Shown here in pieces: positions 13,050 to 26,700 of a stretch of 64,000 nt of DNA (position 1 is the first letter of the stretch; each line of letters starts with the position of its first letter). A program made the position numbers and the translations under genes. This stretch comes from Octopus bimaculoides (lineage: Eukaryota): NCBI RefSeq assembly GCF_001194135.2, contig NC_068983.1, positions 137,266,340-137,330,339 on the forward strand. Reading direction: 5' to 3'. The notes under the pieces are model-generated. The model ran no database searches. It was not told where the DNA came from and was given only the letters and a program-made list of their open reading frames with translations.

Positions 13050-14450
13050 GTGAAGTCGCCAGGAGAGATCGATTTACCTGCATCAACAGTCATGTTCTGA
13101 AACAAAAGTTTCTTATTTAACCGTGAAGTCTGAGACAATTTTTAACGAAGAAATAGGTCGTTCATTATGTTCTACACAGCATCAGAAAGGAGAATGAAGA
13201 AAAATTACTCCAACTTGAGTCTGGCGGTATGTTATCAAAGCTAAGGTCATTCGATGATACCCTCCCTAATTTTGTAGAGCATTATACAATCAAAATCCAA
13301 TTGAGAAGTGAACTGAAAATCGTGGACTCCAGTTTCCCAGAAAGCTAATTTAGGCTTGGCTAAAATTTACAAAGTCTTTACTTTTACAATGGAAACAGCA
13401 AAAAGTTGCAAAAAGTTAATACTAAACTGCACACAACGTGAACTCGAAGTATTCTTACGTAAAATCCAAAACTGGTTCAGAAAAACTAGTCTAATGTTAG
13501 TTCTTAATACACTCTGAACGAACCAGACTTAAAACCTACGGCAGTCTACATAAAAACAGAAGCAAAATGGAGCTAATTCTTCTTATAGTGTCCCTTAAGA
13601 ATTAGTAGCAGCATTAATTCAAGAAAGCAAGGGCTAATGAAGATATCACTTCTTCGACATCAACACAGGTGTCTCGCAGAGTGATATATTTGCACCATTC
13701 TTGCTTATCGTCCACTTAGTAAACGTCCTTCGAACTTTATTTGGCAAAATTTAAGAATTCTACTTTATTCAAATAAAATCCACCCCTCGTCAACATCCCA
13801 CAATAATAGTAGACGAAGACTGTATTGATGGTATCGTTCTCTTTACAAGCATCATCTCCGAATCCATAACTCTTTTAATGACCCCGAGAAAGCGGCAGAA
13901 GATATTGCCTGTATGTCAATAGCTCCAAGGCTTAATGCATTTGTTAATCAAGAGGGCTTAATAAGCACAATCAAACAAAACTCTTTAAAATCCGTAGACT
14001 CCTCTATCTTAGGAAGCAACACCACATCCAGAGAAAAAGTTTAAAAATCGTCTTGCAAAAGCATAGCTATGCTTGATGGCTACAATGTGTTCCGGAAGTC
14101 ATCATTCTCAGATCTTAAAACAATTTTCTTCCGCTACTGTGGACACTTACCAAATAACTGGTAACAAGGCTTGATGGTGCATACACCTGTATATTACAGG
14201 CCGTTCTGAATATCTCGTGGAAAAAGAGTCTGACTCCCCACTTCCTAAAAAAATCTGTACAGCAGCCTTCTTGTAGTCACTGATATCATTAGAGAGAGGC
14301 TTGTGCGTTTTGCATGGCATTGCTAGAGGACTAAGGATGCCTGCATTAACTATACATTCCATGAACATCCAGCATGGATTTAGACGACTCAGTCGTTCTG
14401 CAAAAGTCTTCATCGATTGACTCTACTGACCTACCGAACGCTTATTGGTG
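13050..14450 (+). mobile_element. Highly degraded LINE reverse transcriptase remnant
   Basis: FFDINTGVSQSDIFAPFLLIV at 13650-13712 resembles the GVxQGDxLAP RT motif; boundaries approximate. Confidence 0.5.
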
Positions 14451-17400
14451 TCGTGATCGAGTTGGGCCAATTCGACCAAGATTAGATAACTTTTTAAAAT
14501 AAAAAAAAGTTAACGGATGAATACTCGAAATACAAATGGTTTTGAAGACATGGCTAAAAAAAGATTAGTTAAGTGGAGGCTAACATCAGACTTACCAAGT
14601 CCCACGACTTTGATGTGAGTCGCATGATTTTACTCATAATCTCATGCCCTCGCTTTTTTACAAGCAATTTCGCACGCTTTCTCCAAAGACAAATCCCGCC
14701 AAAAGTTTATAACGTCTAAAAACCCGAGGTCCATTTTTAGCCTACTCATAGACCACTCTGCATGCGGCAGCATCATCTCCAGTTCGCATCATCCTACAGT
14801 TGACTCTGTGGTTCTGTTCTTAACTTGGCCTCTAGCTTTGAGTTATATTTATTATATACATTTGTTCTTTCTTATCACACACACACACATTAAAATCCTT
14901 AAGGGTACATTCTGTTTACTGTAGATATAACATGACATAGAATCCCAATTACGCTCACACTAAAACCTGCTCTGCTAGGAAATTTGATGGTGTCTCACTA
15001 CTTTTTCGAACTCTAGGTTCGAATTCTCACGACTTTTGGTTTTTGAGGGTCGCTAGGTCTGTAATATACTCACTTTAGTGAGTCAAAATGAATTGTTAAT
15101 CATGTACTCGCAATGAGGAGGAAAATGATTAAGATAATTAATGATAATTATTGCCAAAGGGGGCAAATTAGTAAACTCCGGAATTTTAAGTGGTTAAAGA
15201 ATAAATGGAGTAATGGAGATTGAATGTGAGTTTTAGTAAAGACACTGACAACTCTAGACATGTTTTGATCTTATTAGTCCTCCCTGGCGAAGAAAAGTCT
15301 CGAACGCATCTGTTAGACCTTGTGCAATTTAAATAAAAAGCATTGGAAAATTTCCAAGGGATGCGTTCTCCATAAAGAATATATGGTTAGGTGCAACATA
15401 ATTTGGGATAATCTCGTTTTGTTAAGATATTTCAGAGTAATCAAAATGAAATTCAAAGAGCATTCCGAAATTGCAACTTAAGCTTTGAAATATATTCATG
15501 TATCATAAATAAATAAATAAGTTATAGATGAGCCGATATCTTGTTTTATTTTGCTTTTGACCATGAGCGTCAGACAATGTATTTTTGTATTTAGATTCAC
15601 CCTTTTTCATCAAGGTTGACGTGGCCTTATTTAATATACTGCAGTCGATTTGGATGCTTACACCAACAGGAGTTACTTATACAGTGCGTTTTTATTTATA
15701 CGGAAGTATGGAAATAAAAAAAAAAAAGGATTTATTTTTACAAACTCGCGGTCCACTTGTTTATCACGAGCTAAAAACGATTACTAAAATACATTCAAAT
15801 ATGTCATATATGATAAACTAAATATTTGACGGTAAAATAAATTATTCGTAATTCAAGCAAGCAAAAGTAACCCAATTCATTTGTCTCTTCTGAGAGGATC
15901 TTAGAGGAAGCGCAACAAAATAGACTACCCAAGAGGCAAAGCGGACTACTATCACTTTTACACTCGTCAGTCTACTTGACCAGAGAATCAGCCGTAAATT
16001 AATCTTCACTTCAGAAAAAAAATCAGTTTATGAAGAGACTGTTACATTAAGGAAAACACATGTCTAATGACGAGGATTTAGTTGCCAATGTGAGTATGAT
16101 TTATGAAATGTAAGACAATTAAAGATATGTCTCAATCAATGAAAAAAAGTATGACGGACCATTCGTGTTTTTTTTTTATTTATTATATGTTACTTCTTTG
16201 TTTTCGTTCTAAATCATAACTTCGTGAGATTTTGCGTAGTTAACGTCGCCAATTATCGTTTGAACGATATTTCACTCCATCCTATTTTTCTGTATGAAAA
16301 TTTTAGCATACATAACACATTTGTTCATAAAATCTATCACATGGACTACTCAGACAAAAAGATCTATGAACGAATGTACAGATCCGATTACACAAGTAGT
16401 ACAATTTATAGTCTGCAAAATAACAACGAATGACATTTTAAAAATTACTTTCTTTATATTTTAGTGTCAATAATCAGCCTAGCGTTGTTTTCAATTTCCA
16501 TGATTAAAGTATAAGAAGGCCGCGCGCGCACACAGAAACTCTGCATGGTGTCTTATATAAATAAACATATAGACATACATGTGTGTATGTATATATGTAT
16601 TCACGTATGTGTGTATGTGTCATTACTGATTCTTGTTTCTGTTCCCTATAGAGCCAGGATCCAATGCGTGGTCCTAAGGCTGTCAAAGGATCTGTTGTTA
16701 CTATTTGTTATTATTTTTTAAAAAAGCCACTTTAACGATTGGTTTCATCCAGGGGTAGAGATTTCATAGAGTATGAAAGATGATATCAGAATATAATATT
16801 GTATTTTATTCATAATACATCCGCTCTATTAACCAATATATCACTGCCTGTATCTTTTGACTGGTTTTAGAAATCGTGTGTGTGTGTAGGAAGGCAGGCA
16901 AAATTGTACTTCAATGACATAAAAGTAAAAACAGTGCATCATTTATAAGCGTGTATTTATTATTTCCCATTGATTCCAGCTCTTAGCGTTTTGAGTTAAA
17001 ATTCCGATGAGATCAACTTTGCTTTTCATCCTAAGGTTTCGAAGTTGATAAAATAAAATACCATTCAAGCACTGGATTAATGTAATCGACTTTACCCCTT
17101 CCATCAAAACTGTTGGTCTTGTACCTAAATTAAGAAGAATTGCTACTTCTCTTCGATGAGATTATTGACGTTTTTCTTCATATTCGTAGTGTGTTGTTTG
17201 CAGACTTGTTTGTCTCCCACTTTTTAGTGAAATATCAAAATCAATATTTATTTAATGAGATCAGATAATGGATATCAAACATTGATATATTTCCTGAAGG
17301 CTTTACCTTAACCAAACTGAGTAAACAGTGTGTGTGTGTGTGCGTGCGTATAATCACGAATGTTTACAATTTTTTAAATACATATTTTAATAAAAAAAAA

Positions 17401-19102
17401 AAAAAGAGAAAGAAATAGTCTCAAACGAATATGACAACCTGTGCATGGAGCTACATAATGTTTGAGTGTGTTGAAGTAAAACTTTGTCGAATGCAATTGT
17501 TTCGTTTTAAATAGCTTTCCTGGCGAAAATGTTGTCTAATTTGTAGGCGTATAAATAGTCCTAATCTAAGATCTGATATAATTGTTAAATTATTGAGTGT
17601 TCCATACCATATAGATAGTTTGCTGACAGTACAAATAACGTAAGTTTTGATAAAATACGCTCGCGAGACACATTAAGCTGGATGGAAATGCTAGATCATT
17701 TCAGAATGAATGTTGTCAAAAATGCTTGATTGGTATTTGCCCGTTTCTTTGCGTTGTTTTGATGTTGATAACATAAAATTCCAGTTATTTGGTGCGAACG
17801 ATTCAAGCAACTAATTTTCCACTCAACAACAAAATTGGCCTTTTGCCAAACAAAAATATAGTTTTATATGTCACAGGGAAATAATTTAGTTTATAAAATT
17901 ATTATTTTGAGTAAAGTTAAGCTCCTAGTGAGCTAGACCCCATGATGTTAATCATTTCAATTTCATTTATTTTGGTAATGCAATTGAGAAACTCAGGGAC
18001 ATCACACAATAGCATGTTGTGGGTCTGAACTTGAAATAAAATATGTGGGAAACAAACTTCTTAACACACAACCTCTTTTTACTTCTATTTTGTTTAATAA
18101 TATTGATTCAGATTTTGGCACAAGGCAGCAATTTCGAAGGCGGGGGTAAGTCGATTACATTGACACCAGTGCTCAACTGGTACTTATTTTATCGACCCCG
18201 AAAGGATGAAAGGCAAAGTCGACCTCGGCAGAATCTTTTTTACTGTAAATCTCTAAGTAATTCAAGTGCTTTGGAATAACTTAAAACAGAAGTTGACCAC
18301 AGACTATTTGGATGACTTGCAGAAAGAAGTTCTATTAGAATTGAAATGTTTGACTGGATAAAGTGCTATGAATGCACATATACTCAGAAACAGAGGGTGC
18401 AAGGGGACCAAGCGCACCTGATAAAATAGTGTCTTGTGCTATAGCCAAAGGCCGACCAATGCATTGTGAGTGGATTTGGTAGACGGAAACTGAAAGAAGG
18501 TCATCGTTTATATATCTACACACAAATACACATATATTCACGGGACCTGGGCCGATGTACCAGCAGAACCCGCTTCGTATAGGTCGTATGTGTGTGTGTT
18601 TGTGTGCGTGCATGCATGCATATGTCATCTCCACCGCTTGGTAACCAGTGAAGATTTGTTTTATGTCTCCGTGACTTAGTGGTTCGGTAAAAGAGAACGA
18701 CAGGTTTTAAACAATGACTGAAACAAGTAAAGGATAATCGATAACATGATAATAAAAATAATTCCCTGATGCACCACCAGGCAGTGACTCTGGTGGCTTC
18801 TGATCATAACTGATTGGAAGTGTTATCACATGTTTTTGTCTTGGTATAAAAGATGGGCCACAGGAAATATTCTGCTCAATACCACAAATTTGATTGTTGG
18901 TGACTTGGCCTTAAACGGTTGAGCATGTCACTTACTGGCTGACAATGCGTGTATCTCTGATCACGAGGAGTAATGGAGGAGCATCATAGCCATGTGTTGA
19001 AAGGCATTCTTTGGGGTTTGAATAATCCACCCCTGGAAACATGGGTGTTTCATTCATGAACATTATTCAGGGACCTCTTGAGCAGGATGGGCTACTCGAC
19101 CT

Positions 19103-19810
19103 TCACTCGCCACACCGAGCTAAACCTAATGATTAAGCGGGTCCTGGGTCGGATTAATATCCCCTGTTCTGGAGCCGTCGGGGTTATCCAGAAGTGATGG
19201 AAAGAGACCAGATAATCTTACCCTCTGTCCCTGGGTTAGAGGAAGGTACCTCATTTGAGATGAAACAGTCTGCGACTCCTTTGCTTCCTCCCACATCCTG
19301 GATGCAGCAGTTAATGGGAGGGTCACTGCTTCCGTAGCCGAACGGAAGAAAACCCTGAAGTATCGGGACTTGATAGTGAACTATTTCTTCCAACCTGTGG
19401 CATTGAAGATGTTCGGAGGGCTGGGCCACTAACCGCGAAGTTCTTGTCACCAGGGTGTCAAGTGATACCCGTAAGGACGCTTGGCTTTCCCAACATCCTT
19501 AGCCTCACCAACGCCCGTAGTAATGCTGGCTGGCTTGCTTCAGTAGGTTTCGTTAAACCTTGTGGTGTGCGACGAGTTGCTGTAATAAAAACAAATTCCC
19601 CACTAATAGTTTTGCTGTTTTAACAGAAAGATTTGGAAGAGTTAAATGAAAGTTCTCCGGTAATTTTCTTTCATGTAAATAAATATCTATGTTAATTTTA
19701 AAATTTGCCAGTAAAATCTTATAAAATGACAATGTTCTAAAGCATGCACATGTTTATATGTTATATATGAAAATATAAATTCGATTTACATTAGATCAAA
19801 AAAAAAAAAA
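19103..19810 (+). mobile_element. 5'-truncated CRE-clade-like (RLE) non-LTR retrotransposon 3' end with poly(A)
   Basis: [14 protein letters not shown] / [30 protein letters not shown]...AERKKTLKY (PD-(D/E)xK restriction-like endonuclease); A13 tail at 19798-19810; interrupts a dispersed repeat that is uninterrupted near 24170. Confidence 0.7.
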
Positions 19811-20188
19811 GAAAATTCTAACTGGGCCCCGGTTGTAAGGTCATGCGCTGTTTATCTTGATATGAGATCACCATGTTGCACACATATGGTTGTGATGCAT
19901 GTGCATGGTGTACCCTTAACAGACGGGTAGTCATGATGAATATATTGGGCTTCGTATATTTGTATTCCAGTGTCAGTTTGATGGCATGCTTTACTTTCTC
20001 AATCAATAATGATAGTACGAAAAAGTTCATAATTCCGTAGAGTGGAAAGATAACAAAGCTATAGGGGGTTCCGATGAGGTTGTTATCCACCCCTGATTGG
20101 AACTCTCCCGTTTGACATGTACGCATGCTCAGTGACTTGCTTTAACTTCCGCAGACTAACGACTCACATACTGTACTGACCGGTTAAT

Positions 20189-20455
20189 ATGTCTCCGAAC
20201 AAATCACGCAAATACTGCTGTATATGCAGCCACTATAGAGGGAAGAATGTAGACGGCAAAGTTATTTCACTACATAGATACCCTGCAAACGTAGCTATTC
20301 GTCGTATTTGGCTTCAGAGATCGAAACTTGTGAGGAAAGACTTTGTTTACACTGCAAATAGCCAAATGTGTTCCCAGCATTTCGTCACTTTTAATGGACC
20401 ATCGAAAGATCACCCCTTGCCATCCATTTTTCCAAACAAAGTATTTAAAATATCA
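20189..20455 (+). CDS. THAP-domain exon of the ISL2EU-like transposase
   Basis: YCCICSHY...ISLHRYPANVAIRRIWL...MCSQHF...PLPSIF; donor ATATCA|gtaagt at 20456, phase 0; in-frame acceptor tatttgcag at 21486. Confidence 0.75.
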
Positions 20456-21266
20456 GTAAGTGCATGATCATATACGCAGTTAGTAGATGAGTGNNNNNNN
20501 NNNNNNNNNNNNNNNNNNNNNNNNNNNNNNNNNNNNNNNNNNNNNNNNNNNNNNNNNNNNNNNNNNNNNNNNNNNNNNNNNNNNNNNNNNNNNNNNNNNN
20601 NNNNNNNNNNNNNNNNNNNNNNNNNNNNNNNNNNNNNNNNNNNNNNNNNNNNNNNNNNNNNNNNNNNNNNNNNNNNNNNNNNNNNNNNNNNNNNNNNNNN
20701 NNNNNNNNNNNNNNNNNNNNNNNNNNNNNNNNNNNNNNNNNNNNNNNNNNNNNNNNNNNNNNNNNNNNNNNNNNNNNNNNNNNNNNNNNNNNNNNNNNNN
20801 NNNNNNNNNNNNNNNNNNNNNNNNNNNNNNNNNNNNNNNNNNNNNNNNNNNNNNNNNNNNNNNNNNNNNNNNNNNNNNNNNNNNNNNNNNNNNNNNNNNN
20901 NNNNNNNNNNNNNNNNNNNNNNNNNNNNNNNNNNNNNNNNNNNNNNNNNNNNNNNNNNNNNNNNNNNNNNNNNNNNNNNNNNNNNNNNNNNNNNNNNNNN
21001 NNNNNNNNNNNNNNNNNNNNNNNNNNNNNNNNNNNNNNNNNNNNNNNNNNNNNNNNNNNNNNNNNNNNNNNNNNNNNNNNNNNNNNNNNNNNNNNNNNNN
21101 NNNNNNNNNNNNNNNNNNNNNNNNNNNNNNNNNNNNNNNNNNNNNNNNNNNNNNNNNNNNNNNNNNNNNNNNNNNNNNNNNNNNNNNNNNNNNNNNNNNN
21201 NNNNNNNNNNNNNNNNNNNNNNNNNNNNNNNNNNNNNNNNNNNNNNNNNNNNNNNNNNNNNNNNNN

Positions 21267-21315
<49 letters not shown>

Positions 21316-21486
21316 TTGTTTGATTAAATAATAAATTTACAGCATTGAATCTAATATTCCTCTAATTATTAGACTTTATAGTGTGACTGTCCCTACCTCT
21401 TCTACACCTCATCATGCTCATGGCCAAATCAGTGAATGGTTGCTGAAAGCTATGCCCACGTAAAGCCGTATTTAACTTATTTGCAG

Positions 21487-22315
21487 AATATACAAGTGAA
21501 TGGATGTCCAGAAGATATTGAGACCAAGGAAGTTGAAGATGTGAATGTTACAGAACAGCTTGTAAGTCCTACCATGTCTATGTTGAACTATTCTTTAATG
21601 TTTCATGATTACTGTGGTCCAGTTAATCCTGAATCAGTCTCAGCATTTACACACAAGTCAGTGCAGACTGTACAGGAAATTGGTACCAAGGAAATAGGAA
21701 TACAATGTGATCCTGCCAATAAACCTATTTCTACAAATAGCAGTACTCAGACGTTGGAAAGTAAGATGGTGGATTGTGAAACGCAAGCAAAAATACCTGT
21801 GCTTACATATGAAGATGTGCAAATGATAATCAGAAGCTTCTCTTTTACACGAGAATACCAAATTCTATGACTTTTGATTGTCTTTTTGATGAAATTAAAG
21901 ATGATGCAGCAAGTGAAACTGCCAGACATGGTGCATCTACAGAGCAAAGGAGACCCAGACAGTTTCGATTAATTGATGAATTTTTTCTTGTACTTATGAG
22001 ATTGCGACTTGGGCTGCTATTAGAGGATTTAGCATATCGCTTTTGCATTAGCACAACTACATGTGGCATAATATTTAATAAGTGGATTGATTACTTAGAT
22101 GTCCAGTTATCATTTCTGGTAATGTGGCCATCAAGAAAAGCAGTGAATGACCATATGCCACCATCATTCCGTGCAAAGTATCCAACTTGTCGAGTTATAG
22201 TTGATTGTACAGAAATACAAACTGAGACTCCTTCTTCTCTGCAAAGCAAATCATTGATGTACAGTGATTATAAATCACATATGACATGGAAGGGCTTAAT
22301 AGGTATCAGTCCAGC
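21487..22315 (+). pseudogene. ISL2EU/Harbinger-like transposase, frameshifted and truncated
   Basis: LIDEFFLVLMRLRLGLLLEDLAYRF (HTH_Tnp_4-like), WPSR, RVIVDCTEI, YSDYKSHMTWKGLIGISP (DDE_Tnp_4-like); apparent 1-nt deletion near 21820 (restoring it gives KLLFYTRIPN); cut after GISP. Confidence 0.8.
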
Positions 22316-22963
22316 AAAGTTCTTGTCAACGTTGGCAGCTCGCCTCACCAGGGTGTCAAGTGATACCCGTAAGGACGCTTGGCTTTCCCAACATCCTTAG
22401 CCTCACCATCGCCCGTAGTAATGCTGGCTGGCTTGCTTCAGTAGGTTTCGTTAAACCTTGTGGTGTGCGACGAGTTGCTGTAATAAAAACAAATTCCCCA
22501 CTAATAGTTTCAATGCTGTTTTAACAGAAAGATTTGGAAGAGTTAAATGAAAGTTCTCCTGTAATTTTCTTTCATGTAAATAAATATCTATGTTAATTTT
22601 AAAATTTGCCAGTAAAATCTTATAAAATGACAATGTTCTAAAGCATGCACATGTTTATATGTTATATATGAAAATATAAATTCGATTTACATTAGATCAA
22701 AAAAAAAGAAGAAAATTCTAACTGGGCCCTGGTTGTAAGGTCATGCGCTGTTTATCTTGATATGAGATCACCATGTTGCGCACATATGGTTGTGATGCAT
22801 GTGCATGGTGTACCCTTATCAGGTGGGTAGTCATGATGGATATATTGGGCTTCGTATATTTGTATTCCAGTGTCAGTTTGATGGCATGCTTTACTTTCTC
22901 ACTCAATAATGATAGTACGAAAACGTTCATAATTCTGTAGAGTGGAAAGATAACAAAGCTATA
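22314..22963 (+). repeat. Direct duplicate of 19435-20063 (CRE 3' end + poly(A) + flanking repeat)
   Basis: Colinear match with scattered substitutions and a 19-nt indel; 3' ends are offset by 2900 nt. Confidence 0.9.
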
Positions 22964-23673
22964 CATTGAAGTGATGCTACTGAAAGTGAAATGTAAAGTT
23001 CCAAAACCTATCAAAGGTAATACAAGTAATATACACAATGTAGATACGCTTATACACAATTCACAAAAACAGGAAAATCAGGTCCCCAGATATTATTGAA
23101 AAGGCCGATCATTAATTTTTAAAAACATTATTGTTGTAATAATTTATGAGATATTAAAATGTGTTTAACAATATTATATACACAATCACATTGACACAAA
23201 ATTCATTTACATATATTTGAGGCGATCTTGTACTTTTCAGCCATCGTTATTTCTAAGATAGAAAACAAATTTTTTCTGTTCGTTGTTATACGAGGATTTT
23301 AGATTAGATTTTTTTTTTTCTCCTACTTTTAGACCCAATTTCATTCAACATGGGATTAAATATCTGAAAAGTACTTTGAAAGTTATTTTGTAAACTTAAC
23401 AGCGTTAGTAAAGTTATCTCCCCTGCAATCTTATTTGGGTAATAAATGTCAAAAGATACTTATTCTTCTATTCTTTTACTTGTTTCAGTCATTTGACTGT
23501 GGCCATACCGGGGCACTACCATCAAGGGTTTTTGCCGAACAAATCGACTCCAAGACTTATTTTTAAGCCTTGTACTTATTCTATCGGTCTACTTTGCTGA
23601 ACTGCTAAGTTTCGGGGACGTAGACATAATCATGCGAACACCAGTTGTCAAGTGGTGCTAGAGGGACAAAGAT

Positions 23674-23721
<48 letters not shown>

Positions 23722-24461
23722 GACAGACTTCTTACAGTTTCAAGGCTTTGGTCGGCCTGAGGCTGTAGTAGAAGATACTTGCACAGGGTGCCACGCAGTG
23801 GGACTGAATGCAGTACCATGTGGTTGGAAAGGAAGCTTTTTGCTTCACAGCCTCAAGCTTTCATATTAATTAGTTGACTTCACATAATTTATCATTGAAA
23901 TTAACCACTAATAGTCTGTCACATCTTTTCCTGTAAGCAAAAGTAATAGGAACATCTTGAGATTTGAATTTTGTATGACCATCAGTTTAGTTAAAAAGGC
24001 CCACAAAAAAAGTCTCTCATAAACTGTTCAAACTGTTGGAAATAGCAGTGTTGAGTGGAATTCTTTGGAGTTTGAATAATTCACCTCTGGAATGAAACAT
24101 GGATGTTTCATTCATCATCATTAAACAGCCCTTATTCAGAGACCTTTTGAGCAGGATAAACTACTTGACCTGAAGAAATTTCTAACTGTACAAGATCGTG
24201 TGCTGTTTATCTTGATATGAGACCACCTTGTTGCACACATTCGGTTGTGATGCCTGGTGTACCCTTCCTTATCAGACAGGTAGTCATGATGAGTATATTG
24301 GGCTTCATATATTTATACCTCAGCATCACTTTCACAAATGTTGCTGAGGTCAACTTTGCCTTTCGTCTTTTCGGGGTCGATAAAATAAGTACCAGTAGAA
24401 CACTGGAGTTAATGTAATCAACTTATCCCCTACCTTCAAAATTGCTACTAAAATTTGAAAT

Positions 24462-24815
24462 CATTATTACCTCCTTAGTGAACAATACCTCTGCCTTAGC
24501 GAAGGCAGAGGTTTTGTTTGTTTGTCTGTGGACTAGGTATCTCAAGAACCACTGGATGGATTCGGTTGAAACTTTCAGGGATGTTTGGCCTCACGACTGG
24601 CATGAAATGATTAGATTTTGGGATCGATCTAGTACTGGACAAGGATTCTGGATTATTTTTCCATTTGTTTTTGCTTAATTTTTGAGAGCAGTTGGGTTCA
24701 TTTTTAGTATTCTCATTTGTGAGAGCAGTTGAGTTTATTTCAGATATTCTCATTTTTAAAATCATCTCTGGCTAATCGTTGGTGTTGCCTTGGCAGAGGT
24801 TTGTGCTCTCTGATC
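24462..24815 (+). mobile_element. Helentron-associated (DINE/HINE-like) non-autonomous element
   Basis: ttattacctcc...ggcagaggttttgtttgtttgtctgt...gaaacttt...ccttggcagaggtttgtgctct layout, recognised from recall. Confidence 0.45.
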
Positions 24816-26381
24816 GCTCGTTATCACTATTATTATTATTAGGCATGGAAGTACCAACAGCTGAACCTTCCCAAGATGCATGCAGAGAGATGAAACTGTC
24901 TATCATGCAATCATTCAGTATACATGCATTAGAGACTTGTGGCACTGTGCTGAGCAGTTGCTGTCTCGTGTAAGATGAATCCAGCTGTTCATCAAGTGTA
25001 TAGTGAAGATCAATGCACCACCTTCCTTTAGCAGAGATGGAAGGTAGGTACATGGCTCAGTGGTTAAAGTGTCAGGCTCACAATCATGAGGTAGTGAGTT
25101 TGATTCCTAGTCCAGGCTGTGTTGTGTTTTTGAGCAAGGTACTTTATTTCATATTGCTCAGCTGTAGAAATGTCACTGGTGCCAAACTGTATCAGACTTT
25201 GCCTTTCTCTTGGATAATATTGGTGGTGTGAAGAGGGGAGGCTGTTATGCATGGGTGACTGCTGGTCTTCTATAAACAACTTTGCCCAGACTTGAGTCTT
25301 GGAGGGGAACTTTCCAGGTGCAAACTCATGGTCATTCATGACTGAAGGAGTCTTTACCCTTCTAGCTGAGGAAAAAGAGGCTGTGTGGTGGACCCATCTG
25401 AAAAGTTTGAAGACAAGCACTTTCCTATCTGGTCAAGCTTTAATCAATTTCTCCAAATATCATTGAAGAGGAAGGTGCTGCCATCTAGTGTGTTTATCAA
25501 AAGGTGGACAAGAGTGGTAAGACTGGTGAGACTGAATGCATCTACAGTGAGTATGCTTTTAAGTAGGAGAAAAGAAACTGGAAGCGGGCACTCTCCATGC
25601 CTTGGAGATGGCAGAGTAATCTGGGTCTTTTGCATGACGTTTTCTGAATTACCCTACATGGACTGCCCTGGTCTTGGGGATTCTATTTATTTATTTCTCT
25701 AATTTCTATTTATATAGCCTTTGTTATAGCCTTTAATCTTGCAGTGTCTACCTTTGATGAATGCAAACTCCACCTGTTTTTGTGTGTTGTATCTTGTCCT
25801 TTAATTTGTCCTCCATGTCTTGGGCCTTTGTGGCCTATAAAAGAAATTATTATTATTATCATTATTATTATTATTATTATTACTACAAGGCAGGGTGCTG
25901 GCAGAATCATTACTGTACTGAACAAAATGCTTAATGGCATTTCATCCAGCTTTATGTTCTGATACCACTGATGTTGACTTTGCCTTTCATCCTTTCAGAG
26001 TCAATAAATTAAGTACCAGTCAAGCATCAAGACCGACGTGATCAACTAATCCTCTCCTCTAACGTTTCAGCCCTTGTGCCTATAGTAGAAAGGATTATAT
26101 TGTTATCATTATTATTATTGAGTGAAAGAGCAACGTATGCCATCAAAGTGACACTGGGATACAAATACATGAAACCCAATATACCCATCATGACTACTTG
26201 TCTAATAAGAGTACACTAGGCACATGCATCACAACCATTTGTGCATGATATGATTATTATTATTATTCAATAAATTAAGTACCAGTGAAACACTGGGATC
26301 GATTAAATAGACTAGTCCCCCTCACCCAAAATTTCAAGCCTTGTGCCTACAGTAGAAAGGGTTGTTGTTGTTGTTGTTGTT

Positions 26382-26700
26382 GCAGACATCACACAGTATC
26401 CAATATTGTGATATTGTAGATTGAAGATATTGTGTGTACTGGGGATCTGTACTGTCTGTCAAGTCACAAGAACTTCAGACAGACAGTACTTTACGCAGTA
26501 TGTTCTAAGTAAAGCTGATTTTTTGCAAAACACCAAGATTGTAGGGTATTTTTTAAGTGTCCAGACGTTTCTTCAGGTTGGGTGGTATTGAACCCAATGC
26601 TCTGATGACAACAGGAACAACCTTTACATTTGACTCTTACAGCTGCCACATCTTGGTGATCTCAATTTTCAGGTCTCCATATTTGTTGACATTTTCTCTT
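26382..26700 (-). mobile_element. R4/Dong-like 3' terminal fragment
   Basis: Minus strand KYGDLKIEITKMWQL...VVPVVIRALG...QKSALLRT; abuts (GTT)7 at 26361-26381. Confidence 0.7.

Larger units (their letters stand above)
20064..22315 (+). mobile_element. Truncated ISL2EU/Harbinger-like DNA transposon (THAP + HTH + partial DDE transposase), right end lost
   Basis: Starts (A)GGGGGTTCC at a clean junction, shown by comparison with the empty-site copy at 22951-22970; THAP exon and transposase follow; contains N-gap 20494-21266. Confidence 0.8.

Noticed and set aside
20487-21327. Long X-filled ORFs (also at about 5.0, 33.4-33.9 and 49.2-49.9 kb)
   Set aside because: Artefacts of N-gaps.
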